From positions 17,360,001-17,424,000 of the forward strand of contig CM120645.1 of NCBI GenBank assembly GCA_051362555.1: a stretch of 64,000 nt of DNA, read 5' to 3'. The stretch is from Lingula anatina (Eukaryota > Animalia > Brachiopoda). The position numbers and the translations under genes were made by a program. How positions within the stretch are numbered: position 1 is the first letter of the stretch; every line of letters begins with the position of its first letter. The notes beneath the pieces are model-generated. The model did no database searches. It worked only from the letters and a program-made list of their open reading frames with translations, and was not told the DNA's origin. Shown here in pieces: positions 14,213 through 27,985 of this stretch.

Positions 14213-14296
14213 GAATGAAGGCCATGAACACCCCCTTCAACTTGTGAAGACACTGTACGCTTTTCTAATTTCAACTCTCCTGAGTACATCATAGAT
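14213..14296 (-). CDS. IMPDH: IMPDH exon 14a ([28 protein letters not shown])
   Basis: 84 nt, phase 2-2, ttag acceptor and gtaagt donor; closest to the vertebrate sequence. Confidence 0.95.
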
Positions 14297-14707
14297 CTAA
14301 GCAAACGGAGAATCAATATAGATTAGGATATGAAATAAACCACTGAAATCAAAACTGTATTTATATTAAATAAAAATCAATAATGTATAATGTGGGATGT
14401 TTCTCAAAATGACTTGAAGGGATAACAACACTTCATTTTGGTGGGAATAGTGCTACGAAATGAATTTTCTAGGGTAAATTACACTCTTACCAAATGTTAA
14501 TGAATCTGTTCCAACATTCAAAGTATGCCGATTGTTTTTTTGTTTTTTTTAATTAAAGTGTGTAATAAGTTTTTAAGAGATAATTATGAAGTGTAGCTGT
14601 CTGTGGAGATCCACATGGTCTGGTGGCAAGCACAGATTTCAGAATAATTGCAATAACCATTGTCTTGGTGGTAAAATGGAATTAATTATACTTCTATACA
14701 ATGTTTT

Positions 14708-15016
14708 CAGGCCTACCCAACTACCAGACTCGGCACCGAATGATCCTGAATTCACCAGTAGATAGGACCACAATACCCATTTTCAAGGTGTGCGTCAGTA
14801 CACCTTTCGCAGTATCATACCCCGGAACAAATTTTGAGATGAGATGCACTACTTTCTTGCCTCACTGAGAATCACCACTATCTCAGCACAAACTAGGCAA
14901 GAGTGATGCTGCGTCTGATACTTCGAGGCGTGTACTGATACACACCTAAAAAACGGGTAGTGTGGTCTGATCTACCGGTGGATTCAGGATCATCCAGTGG
15001 TAGTTGGGTAGGCCTG
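14708..15016. mobile_element. Palindromic MITE flanked by a 38-bp direct repeat
   Basis: CAGGCCTACCCAACTACCA termini with >100-bp imperfect arms. Confidence 0.75.
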
Positions 15017-15912
15017 GTTTTGGTAAAATGGAATTAATTATACTTCTGTACAATGTTTACAATGTATTTATTGTGGATTTTGAATTTAATATAAAGAGCT
15101 GTTATCCTCTCAAGTCATACGTTAAAGACTTCCAAAATTTGTAGCCTGATAAGTGGGGCATTGCCAAGTTTTGAGACTCGCCTCTTGCTTTATTTTTTAT
15201 GCCTTTTAACTAAGCTCATGTGTCAATTATATCTATTGTGGGAGAATTTTACGTAAAAGACTCTAAGACCACTGGTTCAAAATCATATTACTAGATAAAT
15301 CTATTCAATTTAAGCAGTCTAAGCTTAGTCCCAAAACTATGACTTCTTATGAAACAGATCCCAGGAGATGAGAAAATAGTTGACTTTGCAAAAATATGTA
15401 TACAATGTTCAAATTGTCACCAATGCCAATGGACTCAAGCTAGAAAAATAATTAATCACTGATCAGTGAAATAATCAAAATACAAAAAATGTACTGTTTT
15501 TCTATAATTGCTTCTTAATACAAATGTTGTTCAGCTTTGAAGCCAATGCAAAGACCATACTGAAGTTCTTATGGATAAAACTGCCCTAGCATTTATGATA
15601 AAAGCTCTAAATAGACTAGCTTGACTGATAAAGTGCAAATTCAGAATATACTTGACCGAGGCATTGAACTTAAGCAACTTAATATGCTGGTTTAATGAAC
15701 TAAACATTTTTAATTTTTTTAATTAAAAGAGGGACATAAATATGAGGAATGAAATAACTGCAAACTGAACATTTGAACCCTCACACAAAAAACTACACAT
15801 CCTGATTGGATTCTAAAAAAATCAGGAGGAATTTTCTGTTGTTTTACTTCAAAAAGCAGATTATTATTGCAGAAAATGAATTAGAGAACAATTCAAATTT
15901 TTCAAACCATAC

Positions 15913-16056
15913 CTGAGATGAGACAGACTTTTAGCACCTATGTCTTGGCAGCCATGCTGGATTCCTGCGACCAAATATGGCATAAATTTATGGACAGTCC
16001 CCTTGTCCACTATAGTCCCTGTGACACCTTGAGCAACCTTCAATTTCTCACTTTCA
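15913..16056 (-). CDS. IMPDH: IMPDH exon 13 ([47 protein letters not shown])
   Basis: KVAQGV motif; 144 nt. Confidence 0.97.
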
Positions 16057-16357
16057 CTGAAAAACAATAAACACGTTGATAATGTGGAAGAAAAATAGTT
16101 AAGTTTTTTTTCTCCTTTTTTGTCTAAAATAACAGTATATCATCCTTTTTCGAAAACCAGTCTGAGTCTTTCATCTGTCCAGCACTAATATGTGTAATAT
16201 ATCTAATGCATTATCTACTATCTTCATAGTTTTGACTCGAAACAAGTTAAAACTGACACAAGCAGGTAAATGATATTAATATTCATTTTTCAAAAAAAAA
16301 ACAAAAAAACTTTTTCCAGGACTGTGGTTACAGTGTCCAAACTCTATTGTGCCTGAC

Positions 16358-16505
16358 CTAGTATAATATCTCTGCATGCTTCCCCGGTGTGATTCCATTG
16401 CATCCAGGGAGCCCATGCCTCGATATTTCTTAAGTCGAACTCCATCAGCAAAGAAGTATTCCCCTGGAGCTTCTGAAGTTCCCGCAAGCAGTGATCCCAT
16501 CATAA
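16358..16505 (-). CDS. IMPDH: IMPDH exon 12 ([18 protein letters not shown]...[12 protein letters not shown]...RYYT)
   Basis: YRGMGS motif and the flap RY dyad; 148 nt; GTCAGG donor. Confidence 0.96.
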
Positions 16506-18349
16506 CTGAAATAAAGAAGTTAGAACATTTTCTTTAAACTATGATATTCAACAAATAAAGTAAAATATTTTCCATTATAATAGTTTTAATTCCTTGCAAA
16601 AACTTTCATCAGAAAGGAAATATTTGCTCCTGGGCATGTACCACCAGCTGGACTTGACACACACAAAAAAAGGGCTAATAATAACACACATAAATAGCTC
16701 AAAAGAACTACCATAAAATGATCTCAATTTTGACATATAATGCTTGGCTCATCTTGTTTTCGTTATTATTGTTTCAATAAATTCCAGGAAAGTGTACGGC
16801 AACAGTGACGGCAGACACAGGTGATCACGGCTATTCATGTCTGAATACACAGTGTCTGTCCATAAAAAATGGTAATCTAACATTTTTATGTTCCACATAG
16901 AATACCAATTTAACTTAAAGGGACAAAAAATAGGATTAAAAACGCCTTTTTAGTGCATGGATTGCTTCTTATTTAACTTATCTGAGAACAATTGCTATGG
17001 GTAAAGCATAAAATGGCAGGTAAATGGCCTTAATCAATATCGAAAAAAAGAATCATATTCACCGTCCACTTTCGAACCCCGGGCGTCAGCCATCTTGACA
17101 CAGTTTGAAATAACGCGGCATCTCGACTCAGATACGAGATGTAAACAATGCAGACAGCATGTCTCACTCGACTGCGAAGGTGAGCGTGGGCGAGTAGAAG
17201 AGGAATTGTTCACAGAATCTTTGCAGGTAAGCGGGTTATAGTCACTATATGTGCTTTAAAATGGGAAGGTGGCAGGAAATAAAAATATCTAGCAGTGGAA
17301 GTTTAAACGCGTAAATAACTGCTACATTTCCTCGGATAACGCACTCGCAGTCCCCAAACCACTCGCACTGCGTACTTCGTAGTTACATGAAGCGTGGTAG
17401 TGCACTTTGACCCTGAGGTATATAGTTCTGTAAACCAGGAGGAATACCGTTTTCTGCTCAATGTGGTAATCTACCAGTACTTGCAGACGAACCTCACACC
17501 ATATTCCCGCAGGGGAATCCCATGAGATATACAATGTAACTCGAGTACTACATACTAGTTGGGATAGAGCCATTAGAGGGTGTTCTTTGTACAACACGTA
17601 ACTCATTTGTAAATGTATTAATATTGTCAGATAAGATAAGATAAGAGTTTATTTAGCCAATTTTAAAAATCGGAAATCATTTTAATTTTGGAGCAATATA
17701 AAGAGTAAAATAATAGAATAATACAATAAATAAATAAATATGAATATGATTATAAGGAATGAATATGATTATAATATACAAGGACTGAATTTTTTTTTAG
17801 CCTTTCAGAGGAGGAACTGGTTGATACAACCCTTCAAGCACAAAGGAGAGAACAGGTATGTTAATAATTTTAGCAATACACCAGGTAACAGGGGCGGATC
17901 CAGGATTATTTGAAGTGGGGGGGGGGGGAGGGGGGGGTCCGCGGATGCAAAGCCGACCCTCTAGTTGCTGTGGGGTTCTGGGTCCGCTTAAAATTTTTGC
18001 TATTTTAGAGGGCGAACAGTGCCATTTGGTATGGTTTAGTACTATCGATTAGCTTGTCAAAATTCTAATTGCAAATGGGGAATATTAGTGTGATTTTTTT
18101 TTTTACATCAGTTCTTTAAAACCACGTGTGATTATGTTATTTCTTCTTGTGGCCTTTATGATCTAATGCAGCTATAGCTATTTAAATTTAATTATTTTGT
18201 GCCATAATCAGACTATCTTCTTTATCAAAAGCTGGTTATCATGTAGTGATCATGCCCTCTAATTTGTTAATTTTTGTTAAAGAATAGTGCTGTTATGATA
18301 ATATCAATACATTTTTTCTTTGTAACCATTTTATGTAATTTTACTATTA

Positions 18350-18612
18350 CAGTGCCTCAAGTTATATCTGGAAAACTCACACCAGGAAGCACTCCAATCT
18401 TACAATACTGCTTCACTTCAATGTCGGCGTGACAAGTTGTGCAAAAGACTGCTACAAAAAATGTGCACTAATGACCACATAATCCACCACCTTTTACCAA
18501 AACTGAGTGAACAGTTTTATATTATAATGCCCACATATTTTAAGTGCCAAGACTGAGATCACAGAGAGCCTCAAGGACTTTTATTTTCTGGGCATTGTCA
18601 ACTCTTCAATAA
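18350..18612 (+). mobile_element. LINE ORF2 C-terminal fragment
   Basis: Reads HQEAL...LQCRRDKLCKRLLQKM...HHLLPK, typical of the L2/CR1 tail region. Confidence 0.55.
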
Positions 18613-20013
18613 TTTAAGAATTTTGCCAAATACATCCAAAGATTCAATTCTCATGCAATTCTTGAAAACTTTTTTAGAATATATTTTAATGTCGAACATG
18701 TTTTTCTAAGAACTAGGCCTTTAGTAAATTAACAACATGTACTATCCAACTGTTATTATTATTAACATAATGTTATGTACAAAGCATAAGCTGCAGTATC
18801 AATGTAACATTAACTGGGTAGAGATTATGAATGAAATAAAAGTTTAAATATTGAAACATCTTTTATTTATATTTCAAATATTTGGCAAAAATACAAGAAT
18901 AAAGTTTGCTACATAAGTTTGGAATTTGGCCAAATCATCTTTATTATTACCTGTCACATGTAATAAGACATACACAGATTTTGTAAGCTAGAATGCATAA
19001 TTATTTTCGTACTTATTAATGCTTTCTTCATAAATAAGCCTTCCATTCAAGCATTCACAAACTTTCACATTGTGCAGTACACTATAGTATGGTAACATTT
19101 TTGAGAGAGACTTATTAACAGCCGGGCTATCATGTTAAGAGTCTGATGTACATGCAGACCCATGAGGATTGCAGATCAACAAATTATCCCCCTCTCTGTC
19201 AGTGTATTGACTCATGTGAGCTGACACAAAAATCTCCATTCAAAGGGATGTGTCATGAGAAAGGACTAACCCCACTTACACAAACATAAATTGTTTCATC
19301 AGAAGATATTCACACATACTTTTCCAAGATGTGCAGGGAATAAATAGAAAGGTATAAATATTTCTTTAAAAAATACAGGCATGGCTTCCCTGCATGAATT
19401 CTAAATAATGGCTTTGTGGAGAATTGAATACAGGCACAAGTGTTCACTCAAACCATTTTTGTAGGTCTTAAAAGAAATGACATAAAGTCACTTGCAAATA
19501 CAGAATTTTATGCTGGAACAAAGTCACAAAACTGCAACTGGTGATCTTACAAAATCTGACAACACACTGGTTTAAAATCAAGTTGAAGTCACAATATGCC
19601 ACCAGTACCATATTCCATAATACATTTGATGTCATCTATATTTTAGAAGTAAATGCTGGACCAAAATGGTTTATTCTCAATATCAGGCATATGACTTAGT
19701 TTTGGGAGGAAAGACCACCTTGATTTCCAATCTGTCTGCATTATAGCATACATGTCAGTGCTAGATGGTTTGAAGTCAGCAGATTATGCTTTGTCACATT
19801 GGCAAGATGAGTTCACTGAATATATCCTGTAAGCAGCGCTCGAAAGTCAGGAAAAGTCTCTCACTATCCACCTCGTCCCCGCTTTGGACCCTCAAGAAAA
19901 GTTCCTCTTTTTTTGGTGGAGAGCCATGGAGTTCCTCTTCCATGTAAAAAACTCTTCTTCAGGACATCATACTGGCAGTTGTTCATAACCTTAAGGTCTA
20001 AAAAAGCAAATCA

Positions 20014-20555
20014 AAATAATAATAATAATAATAATTTATTAAGATTGCAACCCAGTGGGTTGAAGTTGTACATAGTGTTAAGAAAATTATAATGAAAATA
20101 AAGTGAATATTTGCTTGAATAAAACTGAGTTAAAAGACTGCTAATTGAACTTTAAAATTATTGTACTTAGGATGAAAGACAACATAATACTATTGGAAAT
20201 TTAAAAGTGCATATGGAATAAAAGAGCATCGGAATCTGTCGGTCTTAAATTGTGGCAATTTGTTACTATTGTTTGATCTTAAAAGACGATTGGATTGCTC
20301 AATAAAGATGTGATTCAGTTTGTCAGAGGATTCAGTTATTTTGTAAAAGAAAGTTTTGAACAGATCTCTTCATTTATCTAAAGTACACATATTTGCCAAG
20401 TTCAGGGTTTCATCATAGTGTAGGTCAGGGAAAATAATCTTCAAAGCACGAGTTTGGTCAGTCTCTAAGAGTTTGCATTGCTCTATAGTTAGTCCTGGAT
20501 GCCACACAGGGCAGGCATATTCTAGAATTGAGTGCACAATACTTTGGTAAAGCTT
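20014..20555 (-). mobile_element. LINE (L2/CR1-group) 3' fragment
   Basis: Reads ILEYACPVWHPGLT...KTDRFRCSFIPYAL, followed by AATAAA and a (TTA)n tail. Confidence 0.85.
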
Positions 20556-21857
20556 AGCTCGTTTCAGTTGATGGAAGAAATAGAGTCTTGCATTATGTTT
20601 ACATTATGTGTTGCCAATTTGGAAAAAAAAATTGATAAAAGAGAAATCATGCACCTATAATGCCTAATATATGATAACATAAACATGCAATATCCCCTTT
20701 CTGATTTATTTATTTATTTATTTATTTTTAATGTAAAAAGGAAACTTAATTGCCTTTAGAATATAAAATCAAAATACTATTCAAAGACATTTTCAATTAT
20801 AGTTGACATGCCATTTAAAACTGAGTTAAACTTATATACAATAACAACTTCTGCACATTCATTTTGGGATTAAGATGCCTAAAGAAATAGCATCTTGGTC
20901 ATACGTCTAAATTACTGTGTTTTGTATGCCCAGATGTAAGAGGCACAAGAAATGTGCCCTCGGTAAGTCAACAATTCGCCCCGGCCATGGTAATGTACAT
21001 GTAATGAAACCAGTATCTCCCACCATGTCCATTTCCATTTAAACTTTCTTTGCTGTATAAACTTACCCAAACCCTGTCAGAGTCGACATATGAGCAACAC
21101 TTGTAATTCCTGTTATCGATACCACTCATATCGATTAGTTACAATTTCATGGCATATTTTGACAGACGAGCCTGACAATCGTTAAGAAATACAACGAACA
21201 CACGTAAATAAACATTAATATCTGTGCTTAATAAATATTTTTACTGGTGTCTTATCTCAAACATAATTGTAAATGGTACTCACAAATCCAGTAAATACTT
21301 CGCGGCCAGGCGATCCTTCGTATCCATGGTCATCCATGCAAGCAGGTTAATTTTCATCTGCCTTCTTCCTCGCCGGTGTTTATTCTTTGCCTGTCGTACA
21401 TTTGCTGATACCCTGTTTTACGCGCATTTTATTTTTCTGGTGTTGACCTTTGTAAAGAGTGTTTGATTTTTCTTTTTGTTATCTTTCTTCCCTTCTTCGA
21501 TGGAGTCTCAACTAATTCAGCCTCCTGTTCCATGTGCTTTCCCGGCAGCTTGAACTAGTTTTAACTAGGTCGCAATACGAGAATCTCGCGATATCCGGAA
21601 GTCTAGAGAGCTCAATAATGAAAATGGAGGTGGTTGTTGGTAAACCTCCGCTTAAGCGGAGGTTTTCTTTTTATTGTATTTTCCAAAAATGTTACAGAGC
21701 GATGGCGAGTGCCGGGAATGATAGATTAAAGGTTGGTAAATCGCGGAAAAGTACTGTTAACCTCAGGATAAATCGGGATAAATCAATTTTGGCGCGAAAA
21801 TCCTCTTTTGTGTCCTTTTAAGTTTGTTCAGTATTATGTGTATTAAGACAAGCTTAC

Positions 21858-22001
21858 CTGTAGATGCTCCTAAAGCTAAAGCCTTTAGAATATGGCCCAC
21901 AGACTGTATTCCACCATCTGCTATCACTGGAATGCCAAACCTTCGTGCATACTCTGCAACCTTGTAAACAGCAGTACCTTGGGGACGGCCCACAGCCATC
22001 A
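21858..22001 (-). CDS. IMPDH: IMPDH exon 11 ([47 protein letters not shown])
   Basis: ADGGI motif; 144 nt. Confidence 0.98.
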
Positions 22002-22148
22002 CTGAAATAGTCAGGGTTAATGCATTCCCTGGATCATAATATATATTTGGAATTTAAGTGGAATTTAAAACACCTAAATGGCTTATTTTGTTTCACAGCC
22101 TCAAGATGAATTAATTGAAAGAAACAGATTGTTTACTGTCAAAACTTA

Positions 22149-22292
<144 letters not shown>

Positions 22293-22404
22293 TTAATGAG
22301 TATGTATTAGGTAATGTGGAAATTTCATTAATACTGAAAAAGCAAGTCATCTTTTCCTTTACAGCGGCATACAATCTGAGGGAGGGTGCTATCATAGTTG
22401 TTAA

Positions 22405-25400
22405 GTGTGTGTCCACGAGAAAACCAGACCAAATGTAGAAAATGCGGCAAGGCGGGGGTGAACGGATTTACACCATATTTGGTGGGTTTGAACCTTTATA
22501 TGAACAATATCTGAGGCTGCAATATTTCCTGAAACAAATCCCTACTTACAGAGATATGGCCAGTGAAAATTTGGGGGGTTTATCAACCAAAAATTCATCT
22601 GAAAAACAGGGTTATATTGATTGGCCTTACAGTTTATACAGGTGTCACTAAATGATTTAGTTTGGTGATATATTATAACCTAAAGATATGGGGATTAAAA
22701 TGACATACACTTTTTCACTCTCTTTGTTTCCATGGTAACAAACCAAACGTTTTTCTCAGGGCTACGAACCACATGCTTTGAACACCCCCCTTCTAATTTT
22801 GACAATATCTTCATCTTCACAGGTCTTTGGGGTAAAGAGTGTTCAGGACTAACAGATAACTCATTAATCTAATTATACATGAAATCAAAACTTACTGCTG
22901 TTCTACAACTTGTCCGTTGTAACAGATAGAACATGACCTAATTTCTCAATTTTTCATATTATATCCGGACACATATATCGGTGCACTCAACTTCAGCTAT
23001 CTCTTTCAAGTCAACAAATGGTCTAAAACACTGTAAGTTGACCTTTTTTAGTGTCATTTAACCTATTTTCTCTTTTTTTCTGGTTAAAACAAGCATCTAA
23101 CGCATTTTAAAATCATGTGAAACTAATGTACTAACGTCAGAACAACACAACGTCATTATCTAACATGGCAGAAATCGCAGACTGTTTCTTTGCAAATCTT
23201 CCTCAAGGAAGTCGTATACGGTAATATGCCAAACAATTCGACCAAGATTAATTAATTAATTTCATGGAAATGTCAGTTTGGTCGAATTGATTAAAATACA
23301 GCAATTGGAAACCTTTGATATCGTCGGATTGTTAGGGGCATCTGCCAAAACGTCCATCTTTCCGGAAGCATTGCATTTTACCGGAAGTGTTACGCAAGAT
23401 AAGCCGCAATTTTCGCCTAACACGTATTTCAGGCATGTTTTATCCTTCTTCTGAAATCTTATTTTGCTGTGTACAATACAATGTATGTGCTAACATTACT
23501 TAACATTAAAAAAGACGACAATTATAATTTCTGATTATATATTTCCCTCACCTACGATCATTTTCATGATGCGCTTCACAAGTGGGACGAGTATTTCCCC
23601 GGAGACAGGTGTTGTAAACAAAGGCCGGTCATTTATATTTGAAACCGGTAGCTTTAGTGGACTTAAACTAGTTATGTGATCTACGTACGTCCTATTTGAA
23701 TTTTAATATGACAACTGAAATCAACCGAATTGAATTTTTTTTTACCAGTCTGAGATCAGTTGTTTTCAACCCGCAAGGCTTGCTCAGCGTCGAGGCGTAG
23801 ACGTACGTACTAGTACTTCCGAAGAAAATTCAATCACCCGTATCAAAGAATACCAACTGGTGCTCAAACGAAAATCAGTGTAACTTCAAATTACTTTTAA
23901 GTATTTTATTTAAAAAGCATGTCATATTAAAACATATTGGGAAAAGGCAAAATACGAAGCCTACCTGTGCCGATAGACATACAGTATCTTGCTGGCACTC
24001 TTCCGATTTTCTTACTTATATGCTCTCGCTGTGCACAAACCACGGTGCATATTGAAAACCCCACTGATACAACCCGAACGTAAAAAAGCATTTAATTGCC
24101 ATAATTTTCACAAAACAGGTGCTTTTATAATTTGACGTGAGAATTGAGAACATGCAGAAAAGAAAGACTGGTCTTGTCCGGTCTGATCTAGCATAGCGCA
24201 AACCACATGTTAATGAAGACGGTTCCATTTTGGGGGAGGGGGGGTCACAGGAATGGAGTTTTTCGTGGATTACGCTAAATATTATCAACATTTCATGCAC
24301 CTGGGGAAATAGAAAGTGACTCACAGGTAACGTAAATACCCAGTGGAACTCTCTATGAAGCTCCCATGGAGTTAAGGAAGACGTCATTTTTATTGTTGAC
24401 AAATCAGTTATCCATGTAGGTGAACAGCTACACGTGTTCGTCAGATTTTGACAGCGCGTGGTATTTGGCGCCAAGAAGTCTGGGCGGTCGATCCCGCTGA
24501 TCTTTCGGTCGATTGTAGTAAATGTGAGATCTTGCGGTGTTGACTTCAAGAACGTTTCCCCATCTGCATATATATTTCAATCGAACTTGAAAATAAATTG
24601 CTTATTCTTCCCAAACTTTTTTATTGCCAGCAAACGCTATTATAATACTAGTATATGGTCTTTATGAAGGTGTTTACCACGTATTCTACCCACTGTCGAT
24701 ACTTGGTTTCATCCATAATAGACCTTTTTTTTTAACCCCCCCCCCCTCCCCAGTTACGGGCGTGATGAATCAGTCAGCGAGGGCAAGTCTGCTTAATTAG
24801 CACAATTTGTATGTCTATAAGCACTATTGTTGTCATCGGGGACAAAAGAAATGACAGGTACGTCATGCTTCCAGATTAGATCTTCAATTAATTGTTTCTT
24901 CCTCATTGACGAGAGCTATTGAAAGAACAACAATTGACAAAGGGCCGAGGCATGCAGCATCTATTTCACTAGCTTGAAAATGTACCGAGTCTTGCCGACG
25001 ATGTGGTCGAACAATCGGAACAAGAAAAAAATCCTGTCGCATGATTTTGACTAAATGTTTGAGCCCAGAAAAATTAATTTTATAAAATAATTTTTGTGGT
25101 CGGATTGACTGGGCCCGTCGAAATGCTTGGCACATTACCGTATCATGTGGTTTATACTCTGCCTACAGATATGAAAAAACATGTAGTGTATTGAAAAATT
25201 GCAACAGAGATATCAGCAGTCTTCTTTGTCGCGTTTACGTGAAGCAAAACAGCGTGAGTTACGAAAGCAAACTGATTCTTATCAGATGTGGATTATTTTG
25301 TCTCCGATGACCGAGTTGGACATTTTCAAGTATCTTTGGAAGAAATTAATGAGTTACACCATGTGACCAGCACAGAGATATGGGCTTGGTTTGTGCTGGA

Positions 25401-27985
25401 AACCATCCACACAGGAAAAAACGAGCCTATTACGAAATATGTCATGGGATTAACTCGCAGATGTCAGTGGAGACAAAAAGCCATTTACTGGTGCCACTTG
25501 GTTCAGGTAAGCAACGAGTTTTTGTTTATATTTTAATACAGGCCCAAAGCCAGAAAAAAGTTAACTCAGGAAAGTGATCTAGGTGCAGTTTTTTATGGTA
25601 AACGGTCCTTTTTTTAAAGAAAAATGAACCCTTTCAAATACTTGTAATGAAATTGCAGCCTAAGGACCTGTGATAATTCTATCTTTTAAGCTATATTTGT
25701 GTGGGCATTTATGTAGGTTTAAGGGTATTTGGGTAAAATAAATTTAAGAGTAACAATTGAAATTGGATTGAAGCTAGGGCTGGTCTTGGCAAAATTGCTA
25801 GGCTCATCATAATTTATATTCGAAACCATGTCTTATTTATTAAACATGGACAAATGGGATAATAAATTATGTTTCATCAATGCATCAATTAACTTTGAGA
25901 TAATTAAGTGTTTTCATGTGTCTGTAGTAAGCTATATTTATATTTCAGGCATATTTGAGAAGTGTTATTTGATACAAAGTAATCTTATGGTCAGCAAAAG
26001 AGTCCAAAGCCTTGCAGAAACTGAAAATGTCACTGACCAACTGACTAGTGTGGAAATGACGGATGATGTAGAAAGGCATGTATATGGAAATGAAAGCCAC
26101 AATATAACAAATGCTGAGGAGATGCATGAGGCCCTAGTTTCTGCAGATGGAGTGAAGGGGTGCTCTTTTTCTGCCATTTTTCTCCATCCAGCTAGACAGA
26201 CATCTTCCAAACCTGCGTGGACTGGAGTGTCCAATTACAACAATTTGGCTTTCTTAATTCCTACAACATGAGAAAAGGTGTCTCTCTTCCTTGAGCAGTT
26301 TTAATATAAGTGATACTGATGTTAAAGTTAATTTGGGTTTTCCTGAGGCCACTGTGCCAACTGGGTATATACCGAGCAAGATCACAAACAAAATTTTTTC
26401 TTGTCCCTGAAGTCTGAAGAGTAATTAACAGGTCCTTTTTTTTTTTTAGACCACAGTAATGAAATGTGCCAAAAAACAGCTTTTGATCAAATAAAGGGGC
26501 CAACAAGTGAGCCAACAATCTGACTAAAGACAAACAAGCACATCAGCTCTGAGAAAACTCACAACCTCTTGAATATCTCACTGAGTTACACAATGGTTGA
26601 GTCATCTAAACCTTTGAAACTATATTCAAATAAAGTAAAGGAGTTTTTACTGAAGGAGTTTAGAAAGGCACAAGAAACAGGCCATCTGGGCTGCAATGTT
26701 TGATATAAAACTGCAAAGATGTTTCATAACACCAGGATATATTTTGCAGTTGTGTTAGTTTTGCTTTTTGAATAGAAACTTATCTTCTTTTGCTACATTA
26801 TGATATAGTTTGTAATGATCACAACTAATGTTGCACTGCTTTGCATGTATTGCTGTATCATAATTTTGTGGTATTTTTTGTAATTGTTCATCTGAGACAA
26901 AAATAAACTAATTTGAATAATTTTAGTTACTGTATGCTTATAAATAGTGTGGATGAAAAAAAACTCTTGAAAATTAAAAAGATCCCATCTGGCTTTGCTC
27001 TCATAAATACTATGGCATATTCTGATCTGCTACATGATAAATCTATGATAAATATTGGACCAAAAAGAAATTCGTTATTAAACTATGATTTTAATTTGTA
27101 TTCACCAGATTGATGATATTTTTAAAGACTATGAAAATTATCATGTAAACTCTTAAGTTAATTGCCAGTGCATATCCAAGGTAATAGAATCTAAGATTTA
27201 TTTCCTCTAAACTTTTTCTCCTCAGAAATTAAAAAGTCCATATATGGCAATTTACAAAACTGAAGCCCAGTGACCTTGACCTATGACCCACTGACCTGAT
27301 ATTCATTAGAATACATCCTCTTTCCATGCTCACCAGCCCTATTAATTTAGTAACATCATTGTAGAGCAAAATGGTATATAATAAATTAATCAAACCCATT
27401 GTCTACATAGACTTGAATGAATTCACCACGATTTTTTGCCTTAAAAATGGCCAACTTTGGGGGTATTTTTCAGTACCTGTTTTAATACAGCAGTAACTTT
27501 TGAAACTTGATTTGAAATGATCCATATCTGCCTAAAATATTCATGCAGTTTTAAAGCTGTAAACCCTGTGAAGATGGAGATATATGCAATTAAAGATGGT
27601 AGTGTCAAAATTGGACTTAGGGGGGAGGGGTGTTATAAATGGGTGTGGCTCCCCCAAGCAGGGTCTTATCTGAATTCTACATATATCTGTGGCAAGCCAA
27701 ATAATTGTTTTCAATGTTTGTAAGGTCTAATATTTTTTAGTTTTCTCCATTTTTGTTTAATTTACACAAAATATATCATTATTTTTCCAAGGTAAAAATG
27801 GAGTCTCAAAGAGGCTACATAAGCCACAACCTATAATAGGCTGTAATTCTCCTAAGAAAGGATATATTTGGGATTCCTTCTTAAATCATGAATAACTTCC
27901 CAATATGTCTCCATACAACAAATGTGGTTGAAATCCGCTGACCCCCACCTTGCCACCCTGGGCTGGTTCTCTCGTGGACAAGCTC
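22405..27985 (+). mobile_element. Decayed DNA transposon, Sola3-like, in IMPDH intron 9
   Basis: TTAA on both sides and ~70-bp imperfect TIRs (G.G.TGTCCACGAGA.AACCAG). Broken transposase-like remnants lie at ~25170-25506, 25950-26260 and 26620-26690. Confidence 0.65.

Larger units (their letters stand above)
16919..21817. mobile_element. TTAA-flanked DNA element (Kolobok-like termini) with nested insertions
   Basis: ttaa|agggacaaaaaataggatt at the left end and aatcctcttttgtgtcctt|ttaa at the right form imperfect TIRs. Confidence 0.5.

Noticed and set aside
24016-24549. 177-aa ORF on the minus strand
   Set aside because: No recognisable domain; lies inside the decayed transposon; alternative start codon.
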